A stretch of 64,000 nt of DNA from an uncultured Gammaproteobacteria bacterium (GCA_964349125.1 CAYGFH010000001.1:5408-69407), one strand, 5' to 3'. Positions 51,869 to 62,116 are shown, counted from the first letter of the stretch. The notes: generated by a model from the letters alone, not told the origin. Translations and numbers: made by a program.

Positions 51869-53469
51869 ATGGATGGAAAAATCGTGGGACTGTCGGTTTT
51901 CCAAACGCGAATAGTCCCGCGAACCAAAAACACACTATACCCGTATGCTGACATATCTGTTGCCGATGGGGCAATTATATAAGTTGGCCGCATATAGGTG
52001 AATACAGAAAAGTCGTACGCATCCCCGGCCGTATTTTTATATGTCGGCACACCGACAGGAGACCAGCCATAATAATAATTCAACACCGGTATAGATGCTT
52101 TCAACAAATAGGGTTGCATGCAGCAAGACAAATTCACTACATAAAATTTGCCGCTGTCAGCTGCACGAAGATCAGTGGCCACTGATTCTTCTATTGACCT
52201 GTTTGGGGCAAATGCGGTTTTCATGGTCAAAAACGACATCCCATATGTCCACACACAGCTAGCGGCACAAATGCCGATAAGTATCCGCGTACGCCAGGCG
52301 GGAAACCGGCGTATCATATACTCCAAACACAAAGCAATCAAAAGCATAAGCGGCACAAGAAGAGGCACAACAATCCGTTGCGGAACACGGAACGTCCGTG
52401 CAAATGACACCGACTGAAATATCCAGTGAAACGGTGAATAGGGATACGCAAGTGCAAGGTACAGAGCGCCTAATGCGATGGATATCAGACAATAGATCAC
52501 AACTCGGTTTTTTAACACCGGGCGCCAGAAGTACAGCGGGATCAGAGCCATGGGTGTGATAAATGCATAATACTCATACCAGTTATACTGGAATCCCACT
52601 ATGCGTTGCAGCGTGGGACGGTCATAGAACATCACCTGCCATGGGATGATGTAGGATAGCGGTAAAAATATGGCATGCAGTGATCCTTCAAACGGGTTAA
52701 TGTAAGAGAGCCTATTAAAGTGAGGTAACACATCACGGACAAACGGTATCAGTTTTGGCATGGCAAATACCAGAAACATTCCATATATAGAGACTGCCTC
52801 TTTACCCAGTTCCCCCATTCCCCGTTTTTTTGTAAAAAGATCATACAGACGAAACGCGAGCCAGAACAGACTGAAGAACCAGACCCCGTAAAAATCCACG
52901 GAAAAAAACAGTGTGGCAAAGATAAGTCCCAATAGTGCACTGTTTGCGAATGAACTGCCCGGCCCAAGCAGTATCATAAAAACAATCGGGGCAAGTACAT
53001 AGGTCGGCAATTTTTCTATATGTCCCGATGCAACCATTGCCGCTATTGCTCCCGATGTCCCATACAGGACACCTCCCCACTGGGATATGTGTGTGGACAG
53101 GGAAAAAAATCGAAGAAGCATCCACATGCTTACACCGGAACAGATGACGGACAATGAGATGATCACCCGAAGCCCGTTCTCGGGGCCAAAAAGCAAGAAC
53201 CACGGCATAAACCAGGGGCTGAATACGAGCGATGAAGGATCGCCCAGTACGGGCATACCCAATCCTACATACGGATTCCATACTAAAAATTGCGCCGGGT
53301 CACGTAGAGCCCGTATCGCAAATTCCGCCATGGGTATTGCTACGTTATAATCAGTATCCAGTCTGAAGTATAGTGAATACGTGCTGATCCAAATAAGGAG
53401 TACCAGCGATCCGAGAACAGTCAAAACTGAGAACAGATCAGAGAGTGGTTGAAAGCGATTCAATTTCAT
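51865..53469 (-). CDS. YfhO-like polytopic membrane protein (putative lipid-linked glycan transferase)
   Basis: 534 aa with more than 10 TM helices; WNPYVGLGMP motif resembles YfhO family. Confidence 0.45.
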   Translation of the reverse strand: MKLNRFQPLSDLFSVLTVLGSLVLLIWISTYSLYFRLDTDYNVAIPMAEFAIRALRDPAQFLVWNPYVGLGMPVLGDPSSLVFSPWFMPWFLLFGPENGLRVIISLSVICSGVSMWMLLRFFSLSTHISQWGGVLYGTSGAIAAMVASGHIEKLPTYVLAPIVFMILLGPGSSFANSALLGLIFATLFFSVDFYGVWFFSLFWLAFRLYDLFTKKRGMGELGKEAVSIYGMFLVFAMPKLIPFVRDVLPHFNRLSYINPFEGSLHAIFLPLSYIIPWQVMFYDRPTLQRIVGFQYNWYEYYAFITPMALIPLYFWRPVLKNRVVIYCLISIALGALYLALAYPYSPFHWIFQSVSFARTFRVPQRIVVPLLVPLMLLIALCLEYMIRRFPAWRTRILIGICAASCVWTYGMSFLTMKTAFAPNRSIEESVATDLRAADSGKFYVVNLSCCMQPYLLKASIPVLNYYYGWSPVGVPTYKNTAGDAYDFSVFTYMRPTYIIAPSATDMSAYGYSVFLVRGTIRVWKTDSPTIFPSI

Positions 53470-54562
53470 GAAGCAATAATTGCGCAGTACGGTTCCATTG
53501 GTATTCGTTTGCCTGCCTGATACCTTTTACGGACATGTCCGCACGCTTCTTTGCATTATACGCTAACACACGCATTCCCTGCGCGATCTGTTCATGATCA
53601 GCAGGATCCACAAATATCCCTGTGTTTCCCAACACCTCGCGCATGACCTTTGTGTCAGAAGTGATTACAGGGCACCCGCATGCGATTGCCTCTGCTGCCG
53701 GCATACAGAAGCCTTCATGAAACGACGGGACGATGAGTCCTGCGGCGCCACGGTAATATGATGCCAATTCACCATCAGCGACAAATCCCAATTTTTTCAC
53801 TCTGTCTTTTATACGGAGGATTTTTATGGTTTCTTCAATTTCAGGATCTTCCCAGTAATTGCCCCCTATTAACACAAGTGAAAATCTGGTGTGGGATTCT
53901 GCCAAAAAATTTGCAAATCCGCTGAGTATTCCCGGTACATTTTTACCGGGTTTTAATGCGCCGACAAACAAAAAATATCTGGATGAACTTTTTTGTGTAA
54001 ATCCTTTTTTACTGAAACGGTCATCTATCCCAGGATACCCCACGGTAATTTGTTTGGCAGGAATATCATATTTGGAGACTATGTCAGACTTTACCGCTTT
54101 TGATATGGTAAAGATTTTTTTTGAAGTACGGCAAAGTTCACCTGTTTGCTTTTTTAATTTTTCATATGATCCGGGGTACGATGCGGGGCGCGTGATAAAC
54201 CCAAGATCATATACAAATCCAATGGAAGCTCCGCTGTGTTTCGGAACCATCTGCGACATACCCAAAAACACATCGACAGGATGCAGGGATAGCTCAAGTG
54301 GCAGACGGATTGTTGACCAGCCTTTAACCGGCCACAAGACTCTGTTTTCGAAGTTTTTCCCGAGCCGTCGAAGGACTGAATCGTCAATGGGATCAAAACT
54401 ATACAGGCGATAGAGACTTGTGCTGTCTATTTTTGCCAGCTCCTCCAGCGTATGGAGCACATAGCGGTACACACCGACTTTCAGACGATCGTCTGAAACA
54501 GACAATACTGCAGCATCAACGCCGATTATCATACCCCTTATTATAATACTTCTGTAAACCAC
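53438..54562 (-). CDS. family 4 glycosyltransferase
   Basis: SFHEGFCMPAAEAIACGCPVITSD (GT4 EX7E region). Confidence 0.75.
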   Translation of the reverse strand: MVYRSIIIRGMIIGVDAAVLSVSDDRLKVGVYRYVLHTLEELAKIDSTSLYRLYSFDPIDDSVLRRLGKNFENRVLWPVKGWSTIRLPLELSLHPVDVFLGMSQMVPKHSGASIGFVYDLGFITRPASYPGSYEKLKKQTGELCRTSKKIFTISKAVKSDIVSKYDIPAKQITVGYPGIDDRFSKKGFTQKSSSRYFLFVGALKPGKNVPGILSGFANFLAESHTRFSLVLIGGNYWEDPEIEETIKILRIKDRVKKLGFVADGELASYYRGAAGLIVPSFHEGFCMPAAEAIACGCPVITSDTKVMREVLGNTGIFVDPADHEQIAQGMRVLAYNAKKRADMSVKGIRQANEYQWNRTAQLLLHEIESLSTTL

Positions 54563-55412
54563 TGATGATTCCTGATATCGGGGTAGCCAGTGATCTCATG
54601 CTCACTTCCCTGCCAAATCCAAATATGCACCTGATTGCCCACTGCCATTTGGTGAGTAGAAATAAAGGAAGAAGCAATGGTGAAAAATGCTTGAGAAAGA
54701 AATATGTTTCATTACTAAAAAAATGGAAATACCACTGTATTCTTCCTTCGGTTTTTCTGGCTCCTCCATTGGGATCCCGCATGTGTTGAATTTCGGCAGT
54801 TGGATCAAACACAATTTTGTAGCCATTCTTTTTCGCGCGAAGTGACAAGTCAGAATCAAGTCGTAGTGCATTACCGGTAAACTTTTCATCCATACCATTC
54901 AATTCCATATACACACTACGCCTCCAGCACATGTTGCAGCCGATGACCGTATCTACTTCCTGTCGGATAGTAGAGGAAAATCCGTCACTCACGGTGCCAA
55001 ACCAATTAATTCTTCCCGTTCTGGTAAAGTCCGGCTGCAGTGTTTGTCCCTCAGTCACACATCGACCGACTGTGGCAGCTATTCCTGGATCAGAAAAGTT
55101 GTCAGCATGATGTTGCACAAATCCGGTGCTGCCCAATACATCATCATCAAGTATGAGGACAAGATCAGTTTTCGCCTGCTGCACACCGACATTTGTAGAA
55201 TGAGCCATGGATGCTTGTTCCAAATAGATATAGGTAAGTCGCAGTCCTAATTTCTTTGCGACTGATCGAATCTCTGCTTCATTGTTGTCACACTGCTCCA
55301 CCACAACTACATCCCCTGCAAATTTTACCGTCTTGGCAAGATTCTTCAAAAGAGCCATTAAACTCTTTTTCCTATGATACGTGGGAATAACTATCGAAAT
55401 GCTATATTGCAT
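54516..55412 (-). CDS. family 2 glycosyltransferase
   Basis: ISIVIPTYHR...ILDDDV (GT-A, DXD). Confidence 0.75.
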   Translation of the reverse strand: MQYSISIVIPTYHRKKSLMALLKNLAKTVKFAGDVVVVEQCDNNEAEIRSVAKKLGLRLTYIYLEQASMAHSTNVGVQQAKTDLVLILDDDVLGSTGFVQHHADNFSDPGIAATVGRCVTEGQTLQPDFTRTGRINWFGTVSDGFSSTIRQEVDTVIGCNMCWRRSVYMELNGMDEKFTGNALRLDSDLSLRAKKNGYKIVFDPTAEIQHMRDPNGGARKTEGRIQWYFHFFSNETYFFLKHFSPLLLPLFLLTKWQWAIRCIFGFGREVSMRSLATPISGIISGLQKYYNKGYDNRR

Positions 55413-55416
55413 AAAA

Positions 55417-56685
55417 TCATAACAAATAGACCTTTTGTGCTTTAAACCTCGAAAACAATATATACATATATACGCTTGAAGTAATTAATTCGGTGAGGAT
55501 AGTAACATAACTTGCGCCTATGTATCCATATAAAGGGATAATAAATGCGTTTAACAATATTGTAAGCACTAGTGAAGATAATAATGGAATAATAAGATAA
55601 TTTGTCTTACCGAACGAAAGTATTATGTTGAAGAAAATATTGTTAATAAATAAAAATGGAACTGCATATAATAATATTTTAAAAGGTTCTATACTCGAAT
55701 AAAATTTGCTTCCACCGAGTATTCGCATTATTAATGGTGCGCTAGTGTTGCCTATCAGTATCATAAAACAAGATAATCCGATTGCTATTAATAAGGCATT
55801 TTTAACCAATCGTCGATACGAATTGTGGTCGGCATTACCGTGATATTTAGACAGAAGCGGAAAAATACTAGCCATAATAAGCCCCCATAGCATAATTATG
55901 TTATCTAATACTTTATAAGCTAGTGCGTAAATACCTACTTCCACTGGTGAACGGATCATAGATAACATCAAAGTATCAATCTTAAAATACAACATCGTTA
56001 ATATGGCAGTTAATCCTACAGGAAGACTTATCTTTAATATGTTGCTGGCTATTTTCTTATCGAAATGCAAGCTTAATACAATCCAATCTTGTACGAAGAA
56101 ATACTCAACGATCATCCCAGCTACATTACCTATCAAAACTGCATAAATTATTGAGTAGAAACCTAGATCATAGCGTATGAAGAAATATATGCAAACAACT
56201 GTTACGCTTTTTGTAAACAAATCCAGAAGTGATACAAGATCTAATCTGAGTCTTGATTGTAATATTGACGTTCCATATGAAGATAAATTGCTAATTGTTA
56301 ATGCGGCTATTCCGATAATTATTGCTATTTTCAGATCAGATTCGTATGGAGTGAATCCTAAGCCGATGAAAGCAGCAATAATAGAGATCACAATAAGTAG
56401 TATCTTTATATTAAAAAATGTAGCGTACGCATCGCGCGAGCGTTTTATATCCAATGACAACTCGCGAACTATAGTTTGGTTATAACCAACATCGGCTAGC
56501 GTCGTGAAAAATGAAACATATGTAAAAACTAGAGTAAACCAACCATATTTTTCAGCTCCTAAATATCGAGCCAGCAATGCTACGCTTATAATAGAAAGGC
56601 CAACGGCAAACACTTTTGATAAGATTTGCGTTATCGTATTTATTAATATTCGGCCGCTTACGGATGTTTTTGACATGTTTTCCAC
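55417..56685 (-). CDS. wzx: Wzx-type polysaccharide flippase (MOP/PST family)
   Basis: 422 aa with 12-14 TM helices and PST-family N-terminus; very AT-rich. Confidence 0.75.
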   Translation of the reverse strand: MENMSKTSVSGRILINTITQILSKVFAVGLSIISVALLARYLGAEKYGWFTLVFTYVSFFTTLADVGYNQTIVRELSLDIKRSRDAYATFFNIKILLIVISIIAAFIGLGFTPYESDLKIAIIIGIAALTISNLSSYGTSILQSRLRLDLVSLLDLFTKSVTVVCIYFFIRYDLGFYSIIYAVLIGNVAGMIVEYFFVQDWIVLSLHFDKKIASNILKISLPVGLTAILTMLYFKIDTLMLSMIRSPVEVGIYALAYKVLDNIIMLWGLIMASIFPLLSKYHGNADHNSYRRLVKNALLIAIGLSCFMILIGNTSAPLIMRILGGSKFYSSIEPFKILLYAVPFLFINNIFFNIILSFGKTNYLIIPLLSSLVLTILLNAFIIPLYGYIGASYVTILTELITSSVYMYILFSRFKAQKVYLL

Positions 56686-56735
56686 AGAATATCATGCGCG
56701 TATATATTTCACAATCAAAATGATATATTTCTATC

Positions 56736-57860
56736 ATGAAAATATTGGTCGTCAGAAACTCATATATTATAGCGGGCGCAGAGATATATTATTTGAAACT
56801 TCAACATTCCCTTCGGAAATTGAATATTGACTGTCAAATAATACTCCTAACTAATAACAATGACCTCGCTAAGATTGCTACATCTCACAATATCGAGTCC
56901 TATGTGTTGAACACGTTCAGCGAAGAAGTCGGCACAAAAAAAGGACTTTTACGACTTTTTTTTAATTTGCCGGATTACATATATAAATACATCTCTATTA
57001 TTCATAAATTGAAGAGATTGCACAAAATTGACTTAGTTCTATTGTCAGGTAAGACTGAAAAATATATCTTGACCCTATTAAAAGCTGTTATAGATTTACC
57101 GATATTTTGGATTGAGCATGGACAAGTATTTACACCAACCATGTCGAAAATCGCGCTTTTTCTATATAAATTTTCTAGCAATTATTGTACTTATATTCTT
57201 TCAGAATCTAATGACACAATGAACGATTTAATCGATAATGGAATTAATCCAAAGATAATAAAATATATAGGCTCAGGTATTGATCATGATTATTTCGTAA
57301 AGACTAAACATAATTTCTCAAAAAGATTAATTGTTGGTTTCATGGCAACGATATGTTGGGAAAAGGGCGTGGAAGAGCTTACTGATACTCTCAAACGAGT
57401 GATTCAGGTTGATAGCACAATTAAATTTCTCATATTAGGTGACGGACCACAATTGAGTTTTCTAAAAGAGTTTATTATTAAGAATAGATTATCCAGCCGT
57501 GTAATTGCATATGGAAGAACGGAAAATGTTAAAGCACAACTTAATCGAATGGATATCTTATTATCACCCATACATCACCCTGGAGGGTTATCGCTTTCAG
57601 TACAGGAAGCTATGGCAATGGGCTGTATCCCAATTGTTACCGATGTAGGCGGAAATCGTGAATTGGTTAATAGTAGTCATGGGTACATACATAAATCTGA
57701 TTTTTCGATTAACGCGTGCCTCAATATTATTGAATTGAAGGAGAACATTAACCTTCGAAAAAGACTCTCTCAAAATGCGAGAAAGTATGTTATTAAAAAC
57801 TATTCTGCAATACAATTTACAAAAAAATTATACAGTTTTCTTCGGAAACATATAGACTGA
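56736..57860 (+). CDS. family 4 glycosyltransferase
   Basis: EAMAMGCIPIVTDVGGNRELV (GT4). Confidence 0.75.
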   Translation: MKILVVRNSYIIAGAEIYYLKLQHSLRKLNIDCQIILLTNNNDLAKIATSHNIESYVLNTFSEEVGTKKGLLRLFFNLPDYIYKYISIIHKLKRLHKIDLVLLSGKTEKYILTLLKAVIDLPIFWIEHGQVFTPTMSKIALFLYKFSSNYCTYILSESNDTMNDLIDNGINPKIIKYIGSGIDHDYFVKTKHNFSKRLIVGFMATICWEKGVEELTDTLKRVIQVDSTIKFLILGDGPQLSFLKEFIIKNRLSSRVIAYGRTENVKAQLNRMDILLSPIHHPGGLSLSVQEAMAMGCIPIVTDVGGNRELVNSSHGYIHKSDFSINACLNIIELKENINLRKRLSQNARKYVIKNYSAIQFTKKLYSFLRKHID

Positions 57861-57912
57861 TACACATAACGATATCTTGACAAGTTTTTTCTCCTAAACA
57901 ATACTAAGCGCG

Positions 57913-60267
57913 ATGTTTATGAGAAACTTAGTTTCTTTATATAAATTTCTGCTTGTATTTCTTTTTATTCTTTCTCTTCCTGAATCGAAAATATTGGCGC
58001 AAAATACCTTTGCTAAATATCCTACTAATCCGGTTTTCACTAAATCAACTAGCTCTTGGGATACATCCGCAGCGCACTCACCAACAGTCGTATACGTTAA
58101 TGGATTGTATAAAATGTGGTACGAAGGTAACGGTGGAAGTGGATGGAGAATTGGATATGCATACTCCCATGATGGGATTACAAATTGGGTGCGACATCCA
58201 CAACCTGTCCTTCAGGTTGGATCATCTGATGGGTATGAATTAGATACCTTAAATCCTTATGTCTTATATAATTCCGATTTAAATCTATACCAAATGTGGT
58301 ACTCATCATATTCGATAAACTGGCCATCTGGTCCTGATCGATTCAGATTAAGATATGCAACATCAACCGATGGTATCAACTGGAATAGACATGACAGTTT
58401 TGTTTTAGCAGGATCACCGAATCCTAATGATTGGGATAGTGGCGGAATCGCGAGAGGCATTTCAGTAATTTACTCTAACAATCTCTATAGAATGTGGTAC
58501 ACCGGGACCGATTGGGGAACGAATTGGAAAATAGGATATGCTACATCACCTGATGGTATTAACTGGACGAAACAAAATAATGGTAGTCCTGTACTCACTC
58601 CTACATACCCTTATGAGCTAATTAAAGCTAACTTTCCCAATGTTGAATTTGATAATGGAATTTATAAAATGATATACGGTGCATCTCCCGGTGACCTTCC
58701 CACTCGATTTGTTTACGCAACTTCTGTTGACGGTATTTCGTGGACGAAATTGCCAAATGAAAACCCTATTTTATCTATCGGCAATATAGGGTCATTCGAT
58801 TCTATAGTAATTTCAGGCTCCAGCCTAGCACATATCAATAATAGTACTTCGTATTTATGGTATGGGGGCAACGCGGAATCGATTGGTTTAGCAATCAGGA
58901 CAGATATTTCTATCCCCACCCCAACTGCAACTCGATCCGCTACACCTACACACTCACCTTCCCCAACAATGACATCTACACCAACTCCAACACCTCCTAG
59001 TACTAAAAAAATCGTTATTATTCCTGGCATGGGAGGAAGTTGGAACCGCAACGCACTCCTTAATTGCTCGACGACATCAGTTGATTCAGAATGGTCGCAC
59101 GCAATAGACTATTATTCAAACTTACATGACAGGCTTGACGCGGATGGACTTGAAACTTTTTTCTTCGCATACGATTGGCGAAAACCAATACAGGAGAATG
59201 GATTAAAGTTGAAACAGTTTATTGATGCCCATACGGCGACCGGTGAAAAAGTTTTTGTAGTTGGCCATAGCATGGGTGGACTTGTCGCCCGATCATATTT
59301 GGTGCATGAGGAAAATCAAAATAAGATAGAGAAACTTCTCACTGTTGGCTCCCCACATAGTGGGGTGAATGTTGCGTATCCTGCTCTGGCAGGAGGAGAA
59401 CTCTGGACAGATGATCTGCTATCAAAGATTGCTTTCACACTTGTTCAATATACCTGTGTGGTCAATAAACGAATTATCAAGGTACAATCAGTCAGAACAA
59501 TGATTCCTTCGTTTTATGACTTGTTGCCCATATATGATTACTTAATTGATATACGAAATGGAGATCCAATACCGTATGCTACACAATTTTTCAAAAATAT
59601 ATGGATTCCACAGGCGCAATTTGAATTCCCTTTCTTTGGTGTTCATGTAGGTGCGTTATCCGGAATGGGCTCACAAACACATAAATCATATCTTACGATT
59701 CCGCCTTCCGGTATTAATCGCATACTAAATATTTGGACAGACGGATATCCTGTGAAAATTAATAAGGATATCTCTGGAGATGGAAAAGTATTGTTAACCA
59801 GCGCCTACCTTCCTGGTGCAGAGAACTGGTCAATAGAAGCTGATCACGGCGAGTTGGTTACAGAATCAATGGGCATTCAGAATATATCCGAATTTTTCAC
59901 ACAACAGCGATTTTCCGCACTGGGGCAAGTAGCGAAATCTTCACAGGATAAAAAGGAACCGCAACTCACACAGAAAACTGCCCTTGCTGTTATGAGTGAT
60001 TCAGGTTCATTCACGGTCAAAACTCCAAGCCACAACAGCTTGTCAGATGTAGATGGTTTCGTGTTGCTGGAAAACCCTGCTGATGGTAAATATGAGATAC
60101 AGGTAGTTCCTGTGAACGAAAAAACCACTATCTACGTAGGACAGATTGTCGAAGGGGGTAAAACAATATGGAAAGATTATGAGCTAAAGAAAAAGAATCG
60201 GATCACCTTGCCAGTCCATTTTGATCATGCACATCCACACGATGATCCATTTAAAGACAGAGACTAG
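57913..60267 (+). CDS. secreted multidomain protein: signal peptide, GH32/43/130-like beta-propeller repeats, Pro/Thr linker, LCAT/PGAP1-like alpha/beta-hydrolase (GHSMGG, YDWR) and C-terminal beta domain
   Basis: Five blade-like repeats ending in MWYxG...IGYATSxDGIxW; PT-rich stretch PTPTATRSATPTHSPSPTMTSTPTPTPPS; lipase pentapeptide VVGHSMGGLV and FFFAYDWRKP. Confidence 0.7.
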   Translation: MFMRNLVSLYKFLLVFLFILSLPESKILAQNTFAKYPTNPVFTKSTSSWDTSAAHSPTVVYVNGLYKMWYEGNGGSGWRIGYAYSHDGITNWVRHPQPVLQVGSSDGYELDTLNPYVLYNSDLNLYQMWYSSYSINWPSGPDRFRLRYATSTDGINWNRHDSFVLAGSPNPNDWDSGGIARGISVIYSNNLYRMWYTGTDWGTNWKIGYATSPDGINWTKQNNGSPVLTPTYPYELIKANFPNVEFDNGIYKMIYGASPGDLPTRFVYATSVDGISWTKLPNENPILSIGNIGSFDSIVISGSSLAHINNSTSYLWYGGNAESIGLAIRTDISIPTPTATRSATPTHSPSPTMTSTPTPTPPSTKKIVIIPGMGGSWNRNALLNCSTTSVDSEWSHAIDYYSNLHDRLDADGLETFFFAYDWRKPIQENGLKLKQFIDAHTATGEKVFVVGHSMGGLVARSYLVHEENQNKIEKLLTVGSPHSGVNVAYPALAGGELWTDDLLSKIAFTLVQYTCVVNKRIIKVQSVRTMIPSFYDLLPIYDYLIDIRNGDPIPYATQFFKNIWIPQAQFEFPFFGVHVGALSGMGSQTHKSYLTIPPSGINRILNIWTDGYPVKINKDISGDGKVLLTSAYLPGAENWSIEADHGELVTESMGIQNISEFFTQQRFSALGQVAKSSQDKKEPQLTQKTALAVMSDSGSFTVKTPSHNSLSDVDGFVLLENPADGKYEIQVVPVNEKTTIYVGQIVEGGKTIWKDYELKKKNRITLPVHFDHAHPHDDPFKDRD

Positions 60268-60270
60268 TTG

Positions 60271-60343
60271 TGGGCGGTATAGGACTTGAACCTATGACCT
60301 TTTCAATGTCAATGAAACGCTCTACCAGCTGAGCTAACCGCCC
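60271..60343 (-). tRNA. tRNA-Val (anticodon GAC)
   Basis: Reverse complement gives acceptor gggcggt/accgccc, anticodon loop ttGACat, T-loop ttcaagt; 73 nt. Confidence 0.85.
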
Positions 60344-60365
60344 GTATTTATGTATTTTATCGTGC

Positions 60366-60394
60366 TTGACGACCTTTATTATATCACCTACACT
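60366..60394 (+). promoter_or_regulatory. candidate sigma-70 promoter for lepB (TTGACG-17-TACACT)
   Basis: Direct reading; the first ATG of the ORF-track prediction lies inside this -35 element. Confidence 0.35.
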
Positions 60395-60416
60395 GGTTTA
60401 TAGGGAATCACGAAGT

Positions 60417-60983
60417 ATGGAAGGAATCAAGCGTTTTGTCGCAGCAGTATTCGATTTTTTACAGGGAATTGTTGTCGTACTTGCCGTGCTCGTCATGGTC
60501 TATTTGTTCCTCGTTTCTCCGCAGGAAATCAGCGGGGCCTCCATGGAGCCCAATTTCCATAATGGCGAATACATTCTCACGAACAAAGTTCTCACAAAAT
60601 TTCGTGATCCCGAGCGCGGAGACGTCGTAGTATTTAAATCGCCAAGGAACAAAGAAGTAGACTATATCAAGCGTATCATCGGGCTTCCGGGAGATACAGT
60701 AAAACTGGAAAATAATACGTTCTTTGTAAATGGCCAGAAAATGGATGAGCCGTATTTAGCACCTGAAGTTGTTGTCTTCGGGGGCTCATTCCTGCAGGAA
60801 GGCAGCGAGATCATAGTACCGCCCGGTCAATATTTTGTCGTCGGGGACAACAGGCCGCACAGTTCAGATTCCCGAGAATTCGGGCCTATCCCTATGGAAG
60901 ATTTCATAGGCACAGTATTTTTCCGATACTGGCCATTCGAACAAATGGGAGGCATCCCCCATCCCACATATAACATCCAGTAA
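60417..60983 (+). CDS. lepB: signal peptidase I
   Basis: S26 motifs GASMEPN (Ser nucleophile), KRIIGLPGD (Lys) and VVGDNRPHSSDSR. Confidence 0.8.
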   Translation: MEGIKRFVAAVFDFLQGIVVVLAVLVMVYLFLVSPQEISGASMEPNFHNGEYILTNKVLTKFRDPERGDVVVFKSPRNKEVDYIKRIIGLPGDTVKLENNTFFVNGQKMDEPYLAPEVVVFGGSFLQEGSEIIVPPGQYFVVGDNRPHSSDSREFGPIPMEDFIGTVFFRYWPFEQMGGIPHPTYNIQ

Positions 60984-61047
60984 TAGACCCACACAGCATG
61001 CTTATTCGTTTGTAGGAAACTAGTGTACGAAGGAGAAATGCTGCCTG

Positions 61048-61857
61048 TTAATGGCCTAATTTTTCGTGGATTTCCTTGAGTATTTTACTTGTGGCTTCCA
61101 GATTTCCCCGGACTACAAATACGAGTCTGGCTTCCACTTTTGACTGTGTGATTTTCACCAGTCCGCTTACTGACTGCGCCAGATCCTTGGCCATCTTATC
61201 GAGTTCTTCGCTATGGATTCGCTCGACGCGGTGTGTCGGTTTTTTATCATACTGTGCTTTGAGTCTGCGTGCCAAATCTTCGGCGCGCCGCACAGAAGCA
61301 TTCTCAGACAATATCGTCTTGTACGCATCTACCATCAATTTCACATCGCCAAGTCCTGCAATTGCCCGTGCATGACCCTCACTGATTGCTCCGGAGATCA
61401 GTCCATCCTTGATAGCATCCGGAAGCGCCAGGAGACGCATGGTGTTTGATACATAGGATTCGCTTTTTCCAACCCGTTTTGCAATTTCGTGTACCTGCAA
61501 ACCAAACTCTTCAATTAATCTTTGGAACGCCAGTGCCCGTTCAACAGGATTCAAGTCCTCCCGTTGCACGTTTTCAACGATGGCCATTTCCAACATACCT
61601 TTGGCCGTTGTTTCTTTCACGATGACCGGCACTGTGGTAAGACCGGCTAACTTTGACGCTCTCCATCGTCTCTCACCGGCAATTAACTGATATCCGGCCG
61701 GAGTACGCGCTACGACAAGTGGTTCGATAATGCCATGTTCTTTAATAGAGTTGACCAAATCATTGAGGGAGTCTGGGGCAATGAGTCCCCGTGGCTGCAA
61801 CGGATTTGCCTGAATAACTTCAATATCTAGATGCAACACCTGTTGTGTTTCTGACAT
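61048..61857 (-). CDS. parB: ParB/Spo0J-family partition protein (no adjacent parA)
   Basis: LIAGERRWRAS ParB box and HTH region. Confidence 0.85.
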   Translation of the reverse strand: MSETQQVLHLDIEVIQANPLQPRGLIAPDSLNDLVNSIKEHGIIEPLVVARTPAGYQLIAGERRWRASKLAGLTTVPVIVKETTAKGMLEMAIVENVQREDLNPVERALAFQRLIEEFGLQVHEIAKRVGKSESYVSNTMRLLALPDAIKDGLISGAISEGHARAIAGLGDVKLMVDAYKTILSENASVRRAEDLARRLKAQYDKKPTHRVERIHSEELDKMAKDLAQSVSGLVKITQSKVEARLVFVVRGNLEATSKILKEIHEKLGH

Positions 61858-61860
61858 GTA

Positions 61861-62115
61861 TTAAATTGTGGGCAAGACGGATATAATTTGTTTTCCCCGA
61901 ACAGTGGAAAACGTAACTTTACCTTGAACCAGTGCAAAAATTGTGTAATCAGATCCCATATCCACACCTTCTCCGGGATGGTACTTGGTTCCTTTTTGTC
62001 TCACGATAATATTGCCTGGCTTTGCTACCTGACCGCCATAAATCTTAACGCCAAGTCGCTTTGAAACTGAATCTTTATTACCTGCTGCTGTACCACCTGC
62101 TTTTACGTGTGCCAT
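61861..62115 (-). CDS. rpmA: 50S ribosomal protein L27 (no N-terminal pro-peptide)
   Basis: [24 protein letters not shown]... Confidence 0.9.
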   Translation of the reverse strand: MAHVKAGGTAAGNKDSVSKRLGVKIYGGQVAKPGNIIVRQKGTKYHPGEGVDMGSDYTIFALVQGKVTFSTVRGKQIISVLPTI

Positions 62116-62116
62116 A

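Noticed and set aside
60366-60416. First ATG of the lepB track ORF (MTTFIISPTLVYRESRS)
   Set aside because: This ATG lies inside the predicted -35 hexamer TTGACG. The signal-peptidase N-terminal TM segment starts at MEGIKRF.
61048-61857. parAB partition operon
   Set aside because: Only parB is present. The downstream gene on that strand is absent (lepB is on the opposite strand), so no parA is called.
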